A DNA stretch of 54,525 nt from Candidatus Woesearchaeota archaeon UBA489 (GCA_002505585.1 DAVM01000020.1:1-54525), one strand, 5' to 3'; counted from the first letter of the stretch, positions 19,580 through 29,375 are shown. The notes: generated by a model from the letters alone, not told the origin. Numbers and translations: made by a program.

Positions 19580-20761
19580 TTACTTTAGTAACCACATAAT
19601 CTCTTCTTTATCTAATCCAAAGGTTTCTTTTTTATTATGTCTCAACATTACTCTTACATAGGGCAAGATTTCTTGTGTTATTCTTCTTGTTGATCCATGG
19701 AGTCCTTCTCCCATTTTTTCTGCTAATGCCTTTTTCTTTGCTCTTCTTTGTTTTGCCATCCACATTTTCAGTATTCTACTAGTTCTTTTGTATTGGACAA
19801 ATCCTGGTGTTTTTTCTTCTTTTGCTAATGCTATGCCTGCTGTCATTAAAGCATTCATGTACACTAAAAATCTCCAATGTTGCCATCTTCTTATTCTTCC
19901 TTTAAACACATCTGCTTTGCTTAATGCTCTATAACCCTTCACTAAATCTTTTCTTTTGTATTCTTGTGGTAAATTTTCATCTAACCATAAGAGTGCTTCA
20001 TCCAAATTTATATTTACTCTATCGAATGCTTGTAAGACATCTTGTGCTCTCTTACTTTTAAAGATTAATCTTAATGCTGCTTGTATGTCTTGTTCTCTTT
20101 CTCGATCACTTAATGTTTCTAAGTCTTCTGTTGTTATTTCTTTCTTCCCATCTCCTAATTGTTGTAAGTCATTGATTGCTGCTCTTAAATCTCCTGCTGT
20201 TCTTCTTGCTATTGTTTTTAAGATTCCTTCTGCACATGTTACTCCTTCTTTTTTACATATTTCTTGTAAGTAGTTAGCCACTTCTTGATTGTCTATTGCT
20301 GTAAATTCTACTAATTGTGTTTTTTTTCTTAGAGTACTAAATTTTGAATTCCATGGATCGTTTGCTGTAAAAATTATTGGTTGTTTTGCTTCTGTTATCA
20401 ATTTCACTAATGTTGGTACTCCTCCTCTATCTTTATTGCCACTTATGCCATCTACTTCATCTACTAAGATTATTTTTCCTTTATGGAATAAACTTTGTTG
20501 TTGTAAAGAATTGCCTACAATTTGTTGTATACCGTCTTTATTCCTTACATCTGATGCGTTAATCTCTATAACTTCATAACCTAAATCACTTGCTAAAGCT
20601 AGTATACTACTTGTCTTTCCACACCCTATTGGTCCATGGATAAATGTTGGTCTTTTTTCTAGAACTAGTTGTTTGAGCTTATAGAGTGCTTCTTTATTTC
20701 CTTTTAGTGCTGCTAGTGTTTTAGGTGTATATTTTTCTGTCCAAGGTAAGTTATTTTTCAT
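19580..20761 (-). CDS. rfcL: Replication factor C large subunit
   Basis: PWTEKYTP, GPIGCGKT, EINASD, DEVDG, AGDLRAAINDLQ, RIRRWQHWRF. Confidence 0.93.
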   Translation of the reverse strand: MKNNLPWTEKYTPKTLAALKGNKEALYKLKQLVLEKRPTFIHGPIGCGKTSSILALASDLGYEVIEINASDVRNKDGIQQIVGNSLQQQSLFHKGKIILVDEVDGISGNKDRGGVPTLVKLITEAKQPIIFTANDPWNSKFSTLRKKTQLVEFTAIDNQEVANYLQEICKKEGVTCAEGILKTIARRTAGDLRAAINDLQQLGDGKKEITTEDLETLSDREREQDIQAALRLIFKSKRAQDVLQAFDRVNINLDEALLWLDENLPQEYKRKDLVKGYRALSKADVFKGRIRRWQHWRFLVYMNALMTAGIALAKEEKTPGFVQYKRTSRILKMWMAKQRRAKKKALAEKMGEGLHGSTRRITQEILPYVRVMLRHNKKETFGLDKEEIMWLLK

Positions 20762-21720
20762 GGTTTGTGGAGTGCTATTGATGCTAGCAAACTTTCTAAT
20801 TGTACGAATTCATCACTTCCTTCTACCATTCTGAATTCGGTTTCGCCGCATTGTGCTACTATTTGCATTTTACTTTCATCTGTTACATCTAAATTCCATA
20901 TTTCTCTTTGTATGTGTTTAATTATGTCCATTCCTGATAAGCCATGTTTTAACATTAAGTCTAATAATTGACTTCTTGCTTCTAGAAATCTTTGTGCGAG
21001 TGCTGTTTCTAAAACTCCTTTGACTTCTTTTGGTCTTGCTGCACTTACTATTTCATAAATTCCTTCTTCTGTTATTTCTTTTCCCATTGCGCTACAACTT
21101 TGTAAAATGTTTTCTGCTTTCCTTACATCTCCTTGACTCACATCATAAATTGCTTCTAATGCTTTTTCTTCAATTGTTAATCCTTCCTTTTCTGCTAAGT
21201 GCTTTATTACTTTCACTAAATCTTCTTTCACTAATGGTTTAAATCTAAAGACTGTGCATCTACTTTGTATTGGGTCTATGATTTTGCTTGAAAAATTACA
21301 ACTCAAAATAAATCTTGTTGTTCTGGAATATTGTTCCATTGTTCTTCTCAATGCTTGTTGTGCTTCTTTTGTTAGTGAATCACATTCATCTAAGTACACT
21401 ATTTTTGGTATGTCTGTTCCTATTGATCGTGTTCTTGCAAAGTCTTTTATTTTCTGTCTAACAACATCTATACCTCTCTCATCAGAAGCATTTGTTTCTA
21501 GAACATTTTGTCTCCAAATGTCTCCAAAGAGTGTTTTTGCTATGATTAAGGCTAATGTTGTTTTTCCTACTCCTGCTGGTCCAGAAAAAAGTAAGTGTGG
21601 TATATTTTTTTGTTCTACAAAACTTTTTAGTCTTTTAACTATTGCTTCTTGACCATATACTTCATCGAAAGTTTTTGGCCTATACTTCTCTATCCATAAA
21701 GAGTGTTCTTCTTGAGACAT
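20758..21720 (-). CDS. rfcS: Replication factor C small subunit
   Basis: WIEKYRP, GPAGVGKT, NASDERG, DECD, IQSRC. Confidence 0.95.
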   Translation of the reverse strand: MSQEEHSLWIEKYRPKTFDEVYGQEAIVKRLKSFVEQKNIPHLLFSGPAGVGKTTLALIIAKTLFGDIWRQNVLETNASDERGIDVVRQKIKDFARTRSIGTDIPKIVYLDECDSLTKEAQQALRRTMEQYSRTTRFILSCNFSSKIIDPIQSRCTVFRFKPLVKEDLVKVIKHLAEKEGLTIEEKALEAIYDVSQGDVRKAENILQSCSAMGKEITEEGIYEIVSAARPKEVKGVLETALAQRFLEARSQLLDLMLKHGLSGMDIIKHIQREIWNLDVTDESKMQIVAQCGETEFRMVEGSDEFVQLESLLASIALHKP

Positions 21721-21792
21721 AGAATTCTAAGAAAAGATTAGTGTGTTTATAAGTTTTATGAGCCTAAAATATAAATAAAGAAAAAGAAAAGT

Positions 21793-21810
21793 GAAGACTT
21801 AGAAGTCTTC
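21793..21810 (-). terminator. Hairpin overlapping the TRAM gene stop, followed by a U-rich tract
   Basis: GAAGACTT-AG-AAGTCTTC perfect inverted repeat; the minus strand continues TTTTCTTTTTCTTTATTT. Confidence 0.55.
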
Positions 21811-22185
21811 TGAATCTTTTGGTTCTTCACCTTCGTCTACTGGAGCTTCTTCTCCTGCATCTTTTGGTTCTTCAGCTTCTCCTGCTTCTTCTGCAGGTGC
21901 TTCTTGTTCTGCTTCATCGCCAGAATCTCCAGCTTGGTCATCAGCTTGTACTGGGCCATCTGTGTCTCCAACAACTTCGCCGAAGCCTACTTTCTGAAGT
22001 ACTTTAGTAATCTTGACTTTGACCTCATCTCCTTCTTTCACACCTGGTACGAATATAACAAATCCTTTAATTTTTGCTATTCCGTCTCCTTTCTCCCCAA
22101 CTGCTTCTATTTTGAGGTCTATTACGTCCCCAACATTTACTGGGGCAAAACTTCTTCTGTTATTAAATGGTCTATCATAGTTCAT
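21799..22185 (-). CDS. Single TRAM-domain RNA-binding protein with acidic tail
   Basis: APVNVGDVIDLKIEAVGEKGDGIAKIKGFVIFVPG...GDEVKVKI, then a Glu/Asp/Ala-rich tail. Confidence 0.88.
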   Translation of the reverse strand: MNYDRPFNNRRSFAPVNVGDVIDLKIEAVGEKGDGIAKIKGFVIFVPGVKEGDEVKVKITKVLQKVGFGEVVGDTDGPVQADDQAGDSGDEAEQEAPAEEAGEAEEPKDAGEEAPVDEGEEPKDSEDF

Positions 22186-22332
22186 GGTATATCTAATCTC
22201 CTATATATCATATTTTTTTACCTAAAATTTGAGAAATAGTATCTCTTATCTTAAGTTGAATTGTAGCCAGCAGTTGTCCTATATAAACCTTTTCTATGTA
22301 TAAAATGGGCTTTGGTGTGGATAAGAAAGGTA

Positions 22333-22338
22333 TTTAAA
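22333..22338 (+). promoter_or_regulatory. TATA box of ileS (leaderless)
   Basis: AAGAAAGGTA-TTTAAA ending 26 nt before ATG 22364. Confidence 0.55.
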
Positions 22339-22363
22339 CGTAGAATTTAGCTTCAACTTCACT

Positions 22364-25216
22364 ATGTATAATGTTGAAGAAACTGAAAAGAAATGGATTG
22401 ATTTTTGGGGAAAAAATCGTATTTTTGAGAAATCTGTAGATCTTCATCCTAAGGAGAAGCAGTTTGTTTTCTATGATGGTCCTCCTTTTGCTACTGGATT
22501 GCCTCATTATGGTCATATTCTTGGTTTGACTAGTAAGGATGTTTTTCCTCGTTTTTGGACTATGAGGGGTTTTCGTTGTGAGCGTCGTTGGGGTTGGGAT
22601 TGTCATGGGTTGCCTATTGAAAAAATTGCTGAGAAAGCTTTGGGTATAAAAGAAAAAAAAGACATTAAGGAGATGGGTGTTAAAAAGTTTAATGAGTTTT
22701 GTAAATCTCAAGTGTTGCAATTTGTTTCTGAGTGGGAAAAAACTGTTGTTCGTATGGGGAAATGGATTGAGTTTGGTGATGCTTACAAGACTATGGATAA
22801 TTCTTATATGGAGTCTGTTTGGTATTTATTAAAAAAACTCCACACTGAAAAATATTTGTATGAAGGAAAGAAAGTTTTACTTTTTTGTCCTAAATGTGAA
22901 ACTCCTTTGTCCAATGCTGAGATTGCTATGGATAATAGTTATCGTGATATTACTGAAAAAACTGTTACTGTTAAATTTAAAGTAAAAAATGAAGAAGATA
23001 CTTTTTTCCTTGCGTGGACTACTACTCCTTGGACTTTGATTGGTAATGTTGCTCTTGCTATTAATCCTGAATTAGAGTATATAAAAATTAAAGTTAATAA
23101 TGAGCAGTTTATTTTGGCTAAAGGTCGTTTGTCTGAGATTAAGGAAGAACATACTGTTGTTGATTCTTTTAAAGGAGAAAAGATTTTGCATAAAGAATAT
23201 GAACCTCTTTACCCTCAACCTTCTGATAAAAAAGGACATTATCTTATTAATGGTGGTAATGAAGTGTCTGCTGAGGAGGGTACTGGTATTGTTCATATGG
23301 CTTTGTATGGTGAGTTTGATTATGCAATGATTAAAAAGTATGATTTGCCTGTTATTCAACATATTGGGCATCATGGGAAAGTAGAGTCAGGTCCTAAAGA
23401 TTGGAAAGGCTTATGGTTTAAGGATGCTGATAAAAAAGTTTTAGAAGATTTAGAAAAAAGAAATTTGTTGTTAAAGTCAGAGGATTACAAACACTCTTAT
23501 CCTTTTTGTTATCGTTGCGACACTCCTCTATTTTACAATGCTATTGATTCTTGGTTTGTTGATATTCAACGTGTTAAAGAGCAATTATTAGAAAAAAATA
23601 AACAGATTAATTGGTATCCTGCTCATTTGAAAGATGGTCGTTTTAAACATATTTTAGAAACTGCTCCTGATTGGAATATTTCTCGTAATCGTTTTTGGGC
23701 TACTTCTCTTCCTATTTGGAAGTGTGCTAAAGAAGAGTGTATTCATATAGAAGTTATTGGTAGTATTAAAGAACTGCAAGAAAAAGCTATGGAAAAAGTT
23801 TCTCATGATGTTGATTTGCATAAACATGTAGTTGATGACATTCATTTAAAATGTAAGTGTGGTGACACTATGAATCGTATTCCTGAAGTATTGGATTGTT
23901 GGTTTGAATCTGGGAGTATGCCTTACGCTGCTAAACATTATCCTTTTGAAAATGAAAACTGGTTTAAGGATAATTATCCTGCTGATTTTATTTCTGAGTA
24001 TATTGCACAATCAAGAACTTGGTTTTATTATATGCATGTGCTTGGGGTTTTGATGTTTGGTAAACCTTCTTTCAAGAATGTTGCTGTGACTGGTACTATT
24101 TTGGCTTCTGATGGTTCTAAGATGTCTAAGTCTAAAAATAATTTTCCTGACCCTAATATAATTTTTAAACAATATGGTGCTGATGCTCTAAGATTTTATT
24201 TGATGTCTTCTCCTTTGATGAAGGCTCAGGATATTTGTTTTAATGAACAATCTTTGAAAGAGGTGTACCGTAAAATCGTTATGCTCTTGTCTAATGTTAA
24301 ACAATTTTATGTTTTGTTCAGTGAAAAACATGCTGATATTACTCATAAAGATTCTGATAATATTTTAGATAAGTGGATGGTTAGTAAAATTAATTCTTTA
24401 ACTCGTGATGTTACTAATGCTATGGAGGTTTATGATTCTCCTGCTGCTTGTAGTTTACTCCAAACTTTTATTGATGAATTATCTACTTGGTTTGTGAGAA
24501 GGAGTAGAGGTCGTTTCAAGGATGAAAATAAACAAGTTCGTTTGCAGGCTGTACAAACTTTAGCTTATGCTTTGTATACTGTTGCTAAACTTCTTGCTCC
24601 TATTACGCCTTTTATTTCTGAAGAAGTTTTCCAAATGTTTAAACAACACAATAAGGAATTGCCTGAGTCTGTACATTTAGATTCTTGGCCTCTATTTGAT
24701 GAAAAAATTTGTTTTAAGGAAGTGGAAGAGGATATGATTAAGACTAGAGAGTTAGTGAGTAAGGTTTTAGAATTGCGTGAAAAAGCTAAAATACCTATTC
24801 GTCAGCCTTTGGCTAAAGTTACTTTAACTGGTCTACAATTAAGTCAACAGTTCTTAGATATTTTGCTTGATGAAGTGAATGTAAAGGCTGTTGAACTCAA
24901 GAAAGGGACTAATTTTGCTGTTGATTTAGACACCACTTTAACTCCTGAATTAGAGGCTGAAGGTGTTTATAGAGATTTATCTAGAGTAATCCAGTCTCTA
25001 AGAAAAAAGGCTGGTTTGCAGCCTACTGATAGGATTACTCTAACTATTGCTGCTAATTTTGACTTAAAGGACTTTTGTAATGATTTGCAGCAAAAAGTTG
25101 GTGCGAAAGATTTAAATGTGGTAAAATTAGGTGAGGATGTAGGTAAGGGTAAGTACACATCTGATGAAAAAATTAAAGGAAAAGAACTCAAAATATCTTT
25201 TGATGTGGTAAAATGA
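22364..25216 (+). CDS. ileS: Isoleucyl-tRNA synthetase (archaeal/eukaryotic type)
   Basis: GPPFATGLPHYGH, GWDCHGLP, editing WTTTPWT, WNISRNRFW, DCWFESG, KMSKS. Confidence 0.95.
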   Translation: MYNVEETEKKWIDFWGKNRIFEKSVDLHPKEKQFVFYDGPPFATGLPHYGHILGLTSKDVFPRFWTMRGFRCERRWGWDCHGLPIEKIAEKALGIKEKKDIKEMGVKKFNEFCKSQVLQFVSEWEKTVVRMGKWIEFGDAYKTMDNSYMESVWYLLKKLHTEKYLYEGKKVLLFCPKCETPLSNAEIAMDNSYRDITEKTVTVKFKVKNEEDTFFLAWTTTPWTLIGNVALAINPELEYIKIKVNNEQFILAKGRLSEIKEEHTVVDSFKGEKILHKEYEPLYPQPSDKKGHYLINGGNEVSAEEGTGIVHMALYGEFDYAMIKKYDLPVIQHIGHHGKVESGPKDWKGLWFKDADKKVLEDLEKRNLLLKSEDYKHSYPFCYRCDTPLFYNAIDSWFVDIQRVKEQLLEKNKQINWYPAHLKDGRFKHILETAPDWNISRNRFWATSLPIWKCAKEECIHIEVIGSIKELQEKAMEKVSHDVDLHKHVVDDIHLKCKCGDTMNRIPEVLDCWFESGSMPYAAKHYPFENENWFKDNYPADFISEYIAQSRTWFYYMHVLGVLMFGKPSFKNVAVTGTILASDGSKMSKSKNNFPDPNIIFKQYGADALRFYLMSSPLMKAQDICFNEQSLKEVYRKIVMLLSNVKQFYVLFSEKHADITHKDSDNILDKWMVSKINSLTRDVTNAMEVYDSPAACSLLQTFIDELSTWFVRRSRGRFKDENKQVRLQAVQTLAYALYTVAKLLAPITPFISEEVFQMFKQHNKELPESVHLDSWPLFDEKICFKEVEEDMIKTRELVSKVLELREKAKIPIRQPLAKVTLTGLQLSQQFLDILLDEVNVKAVELKKGTNFAVDLDTTLTPELEAEGVYRDLSRVIQSLRKKAGLQPTDRITLTIAANFDLKDFCNDLQQKVGAKDLNVVKLGEDVGKGKYTSDEKIKGKELKISFDVVK

Positions 25217-26250
25217 TGAAACTTAGCAAATTGTTTGTTGTATTTCTTCTTATTAGTAGCTTGCCTTTTGTTCTTGCTCAGGAAGAAAATACTCAACATA
25301 ATTTAGTTCTTTCTCTAAAAGATGCTACTAATACTGCTGTGGATAATGTTTTAATGCAAGTGACTATTGCCAATAAGGATTCTGGTGATAAACGTACTAT
25401 CTCTACTTTTCTTAGAAAAAACTCTTTTAATTTAAAGTTAGCAAGTGGGAATTATGATATCACTTTATTAGTTGATAATCTACAGACTAAAGGAAAAGAC
25501 TATTACGCTCTTTATTCTGTTGGCTTACAAAAAAACACTCAAGAAGAAGTAACTCTTCTTCCTGTTGGTTCTATTCAAGGTGTTGTTCTTGACAATTTGG
25601 ATAATTTAGTAAGGCAAGCTTCTTTGAAGGTTGAGTGTGATAAAGAGTATGGTGAAATTACTTCTCTTATGACTGATAAGTTTGGTTCTTTTAAAGGATT
25701 GTATTTGCCTGTTGGTGAGTGTAAAGTAATTGCTACTTTTCGTTCTGCTGTTGGTAGTGAAATTGTGACTATTGAGCAAGGAAAGTCTAGAGATGTAGCT
25801 ATTAAACTCAATAAATCTGCTATTGGCAGTGGTGGTAATAGTTGGGTTAGTATTTTCTTAATTATAGTTGTTTTAAGTGTGTTAAGTTTACTCATTCGTT
25901 TTGTCTTGAAGAAGAGACATGCTATGGAGTCTGAGCTTAAAGAGGCTTTAACTAAGTCAACTCCTCTTAAGGCTGAAAAAGTAAAAGAAGCTCCTAAAGA
26001 AGAAGGATTAAGTAAGAGACAGGAAGATATTTTGAATACTTTAAATGAGCGAGAAAAAGAGGTTGTTGATCATCTTTTGGCTAATAAATTCGAGAGTTCT
26101 CAGGCAAAGATTAGACATACTACTGGTATTCCTAAGACTTCTTTAGTGCGTATTTTTCAATTATTGGAAAGAAAGAAAGTATTGCAAATTAAGAAGTTCG
26201 GAAAATTGAAAAAGGTAAAATTAACTGCTTGGTTCTTAGGGGATGAATAA
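25213..26250 (+). CDS. Single-pass membrane protein: extracellular beta-sandwich domains and cytoplasmic winged HTH (COG2512-like)
   Basis: Signal peptide, carboxypeptidase-regulatory-like GSIQGVVLD segment, TM WVSIFLIIVVLSVLSLLIRFVL, C-terminal SQAKIRHTTGIPKTSLVRIFQLLERKKVLQIKKFG. Confidence 0.7.
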   Translation: MMKLSKLFVVFLLISSLPFVLAQEENTQHNLVLSLKDATNTAVDNVLMQVTIANKDSGDKRTISTFLRKNSFNLKLASGNYDITLLVDNLQTKGKDYYALYSVGLQKNTQEEVTLLPVGSIQGVVLDNLDNLVRQASLKVECDKEYGEITSLMTDKFGSFKGLYLPVGECKVIATFRSAVGSEIVTIEQGKSRDVAIKLNKSAIGSGGNSWVSIFLIIVVLSVLSLLIRFVLKKRHAMESELKEALTKSTPLKAEKVKEAPKEEGLSKRQEDILNTLNEREKEVVDHLLANKFESSQAKIRHTTGIPKTSLVRIFQLLERKKVLQIKKFGKLKKVKLTAWFLGDE

Positions 26251-26393
26251 ACTCTTTTAATTTAAGAAAGGTCTGAAATTTCTTTGTTTTTTATATGTCG
26301 GACTAAGATTTCTTGTTCTTTTGTCTTTCAGACCACTAAATGTATATATAATGTTCCAGGAATAAAGGTGTTTGTACTCAACCTAAACCTCTC

Positions 26394-26444
26394 TATGGAT
26401 CAAGGGTGTGTCGGAGTTAATCTGACTGCACCCTTTTTTCCATA
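26394..26444 (+). other. 51-nt imperfect hairpin in the leader of the 717-aa ORF
   Basis: TATGGA/TCCATA, AAGGGTGT/GCACCCTT and GTCGGA/TCTGAC stems with loop GTTAA. Confidence 0.65.
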
Positions 26445-26501
26445 CCTTTGGAGTGTTGGTGAAGTGCTATATGATAAAATTTGAAATGGAGAAAACCTAA
26501 G

Positions 26502-28634
26502 ATGAAAAACCTAATAAAAAGCGTATTTATGGTATTATTGCTTTTATTTGCAACAGTACCTAGTTATGCTATAACTTATGAAGGTGATGGTATTGATAGT
26601 GATAGTCTTTTTGAACCTATCGCTGCTTTCCTTGAAGAAGGACAAAAACAAGTATTTACAATAGAGAGAATTAATGGTGATATACAAAAAGTTGATTTGG
26701 AAGTTTTAATTATTGAAGATCTAAAAACTCTTAAGGTAACTTTTGCTGTTAATGGGATGCAAATAGCTCCTTTAACTGAAGGAGATTTTGAGTCAATTGG
26801 ATATGGTTTAAGACTTATGATTTACCAAATTAATGTTGGTGAGGAAAAAGCTGGAAATCCTGATGGTGTAGAATTTTCCATTGAAATGGATAATGGTGAA
26901 CCTACTTTTGATGGTGATATAGTTTATGCACCTCTTCCTGTTGCTATTCCTTCTCATGACACTGATGGAGACTTATTTCAACAGTTACAAAGACAGAAAG
27001 ACGAATTACGTAATACTGCTTTTTGGATGAGTGTTGGTGAAGAAAGATTTGTAGATATTGATCAAGAATTAGAAGTGCAGATTGAGTATGAAGGAACTGA
27101 CCATAATGGGCCTCATGCTGTATGTGAACTCTTTACTTTAGATTTCAGAGGAGGTCCTGCTTATGAAGTATTTGCTCCTGGCAGCCCTGGTGTTGCTTAT
27201 GTTGAAGTTGAATCTGCTTTTGTAGCAGACGAAGAAGCTGACTCTTATGAACAAGAAGTTATTCTTGATGCATTTGAAGTTCCAGTGAAAGAAAGACTTG
27301 GACAAGCTGTTGCAACAATTCCAAAAGATGAAATTGCAGCAATAGAAGAAGAAGGTGCTATGGCTATTGAAACAATGGAAGCAACTGTTGACCCAGTAAG
27401 TCTTGATTGGCGAGAAGAATTGAATGAGATTGCTCTTGTTATGGGTGCAGGACACATTAAGTTGTTTATCTCAAGTGATAAGGCTGTTGTAGAAGCAGCA
27501 ATTGATTTGTTAAAGCGTGATTTCAATGTGTACACCTCAACTGATGTTGATGAGTTTATCAAATTAAACAAAATTGACAAAGATATGTTTGGTGAGATTG
27601 TGCAGAATGCGCGAGACGCTGGGCGACATACTTGGTATCATGGCTACAGTGCATACTTGGCATTAGATAAAAGCGATGTTGCTCTTGCAAAGAAAGAGTT
27701 TGAGCTAACAAAAATTCATTATGCTGAGTATGAACGTTGGATAAAAACAATGACTCGGGAAGTTAATCGATGGGACCCATTGAAGAAAAGTGGTTTCATT
27801 TATGTTAACTCTTTTGAACCGAAGAATGTTAATCCTAATGCGCAAGGATATACTTTTGTTGATGATGGAACTGTGGTAGAATTCAGAGCAGTTATTGAAT
27901 CTGAAATTGACCAAAATGATGTTCCTTGGATTTTGTACAACAATGGATACCCTGATGGCAATGGTGCTACTAAGAAAGAGACTGGAAAAATAGATTTGAA
28001 AAAAGGTACGAACAATTTAGATTTAGATATGGATTTCTTTTACTATGAAGACAGTCTCTATAATACTGGGTCTTTTATTACTGCACTTCGTGTAGGGGAA
28101 GAAGCTTATGGTGGTTTCACTATTTATGTAAACTATCCTAAAGACAAATCTGATGATAAACAATCTGACGGCACTTCTTGGACTGAGTCTCTTTGTTTAC
28201 GTGAAGATGACTTAGGCTTTTCTATCTTCTTGTATGAGAAGAAAGGGGATGAAGTCTTAGTTGCTTACAACCTTTACAACCATGGCTATGGTGGAAATGT
28301 TCTTCCTTTACCTGAACCTTGGGATGGTAGTGGTAGTGATGGTATTTTGATCACTGACATTGTTAAGCCTTCTGATAAAAAGGTAAAAAAATCTGATGGT
28401 CAAGGTTGTCGTGTGAATGGAAACACTATGCCTATTGGTACTCGGTTCATTGCAACTAAAGGTAATGAAGAAGTTGCTATGTACTGTGATTGGACTAAGG
28501 AAACTATGGAACAGAAAGCTGATGGAGAAAAAGCTAGTAATGGTTATGAGTGTTTAAGTGCTGAAGAGCGTAATGGTGAATGTACTAATACTCTCAATTG
28601 GCTCCAAAAGTTTTTTAATTGGATTTTTGGCTAA
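26502..28634 (+). CDS. Secreted acidic surface protein of unknown function with Cys-patterned C-terminal module
   Basis: Signal peptide MKNLIKSVFMVLLLLFATVPSYA (ATG 26502); very Asp/Glu-rich; ends GC...YC...QKADG...YECLS...GEC...LNWLQKFFNWIFG. Confidence 0.7.
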   Translation: MKNLIKSVFMVLLLLFATVPSYAITYEGDGIDSDSLFEPIAAFLEEGQKQVFTIERINGDIQKVDLEVLIIEDLKTLKVTFAVNGMQIAPLTEGDFESIGYGLRLMIYQINVGEEKAGNPDGVEFSIEMDNGEPTFDGDIVYAPLPVAIPSHDTDGDLFQQLQRQKDELRNTAFWMSVGEERFVDIDQELEVQIEYEGTDHNGPHAVCELFTLDFRGGPAYEVFAPGSPGVAYVEVESAFVADEEADSYEQEVILDAFEVPVKERLGQAVATIPKDEIAAIEEEGAMAIETMEATVDPVSLDWREELNEIALVMGAGHIKLFISSDKAVVEAAIDLLKRDFNVYTSTDVDEFIKLNKIDKDMFGEIVQNARDAGRHTWYHGYSAYLALDKSDVALAKKEFELTKIHYAEYERWIKTMTREVNRWDPLKKSGFIYVNSFEPKNVNPNAQGYTFVDDGTVVEFRAVIESEIDQNDVPWILYNNGYPDGNGATKKETGKIDLKKGTNNLDLDMDFFYYEDSLYNTGSFITALRVGEEAYGGFTIYVNYPKDKSDDKQSDGTSWTESLCLREDDLGFSIFLYEKKGDEVLVAYNLYNHGYGGNVLPLPEPWDGSGSDGILITDIVKPSDKKVKKSDGQGCRVNGNTMPIGTRFIATKGNEEVAMYCDWTKETMEQKADGEKASNGYECLSAEERNGECTNTLNWLQKFFNWIFG

Positions 28635-28667
28635 ATTAGCCAATCCTTTTTTCTTTTTTTCTTTTTT
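28621..28667 (+). terminator. Hairpin overlapping the stop codon plus long T tract
   Basis: TTGGCTAA-A-TTAGCCAA with outer GGA/TCC, then TTTTTTCTTTTTTTCTTTTTT. Confidence 0.55.
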
Positions 28668-28814
28668 AAGCAAGACTCAGGCTCTGTAGAGTAAGATTTC
28701 ATTTTTGGAGTTTTCTTTTTTTCTCTTTTGCTTTATAAATACCTTTATATACTACTCTTTATTTCCTTTATAAATCAGCAAGACTGATAGAATTCATACT
28801 GGGGGGTTTTAAGT

Positions 28815-29375
28815 ATGCCGATTAAGAAGCCGAAGACTGAAATTAAGATAGTTAACATTGTTGTTTCTACATCTTTAGAGAAAGATATTCCTTTAATTAA
28901 GTTAGCTGAAGCGTTGCCTAATACTGAGTATAATCCTGAGCAATTTCCTGGTTTAGTTATGCGTATTAAGGATCCTAAAACTTCTGCTTTAATTTTTAGT
29001 TCTGGTAAGATTGTTTGTACTGGTGCTAGATCTATGGGTAAAGTTAAGGAGTCTATTAAAAAAATTATTCAGAATGTTGAGAAGATTCGTATTAAGATTA
29101 CGATTACTCCTCAAATTAAAGTTCAGAACATGGTTGGTTCTGGTTCTATTGGTATTGATTTGAATTTAAATTCTTTAGCTATGGAATTAGAAAATACTGA
29201 GTATGAACCTGAGCAATTTCCTGGTTTAGTTTATAAATTACCTGATACTCGTGCAACTTTTTTATTGTTTAGTAATGGTAAGATTGTTTGTACTGGTACT
29301 CGTTCAGAAACTAAGTTGAAAGAAGCTGTGCAATTGTTAGTGAAAAATCTTGCTAAGTTGAAAAGGAAGAAATAA
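28815..29375 (+). CDS. tbp: TATA-box binding protein
   Basis: Two repeats, NIVVS...YNPEQFPGLVMRI...FSSGKIVCTGA and YEPEQFPGLVY...FSNGKIVCTGT; GGGGGG SD-like run. Confidence 0.98.
   Translation: MPIKKPKTEIKIVNIVVSTSLEKDIPLIKLAEALPNTEYNPEQFPGLVMRIKDPKTSALIFSSGKIVCTGARSMGKVKESIKKIIQNVEKIRIKITITPQIKVQNMVGSGSIGIDLNLNSLAMELENTEYEPEQFPGLVYKLPDTRATFLLFSNGKIVCTGTRSETKLKEAVQLLVKNLAKLKRKK

Noticed and set aside
26284-26484. 66-aa TTG-start ORF spanning the hairpin (possible leader peptide)
   Set aside because: No SD or suitably placed promoter, weak start codon and no motif; the RNA structure explains the region better.
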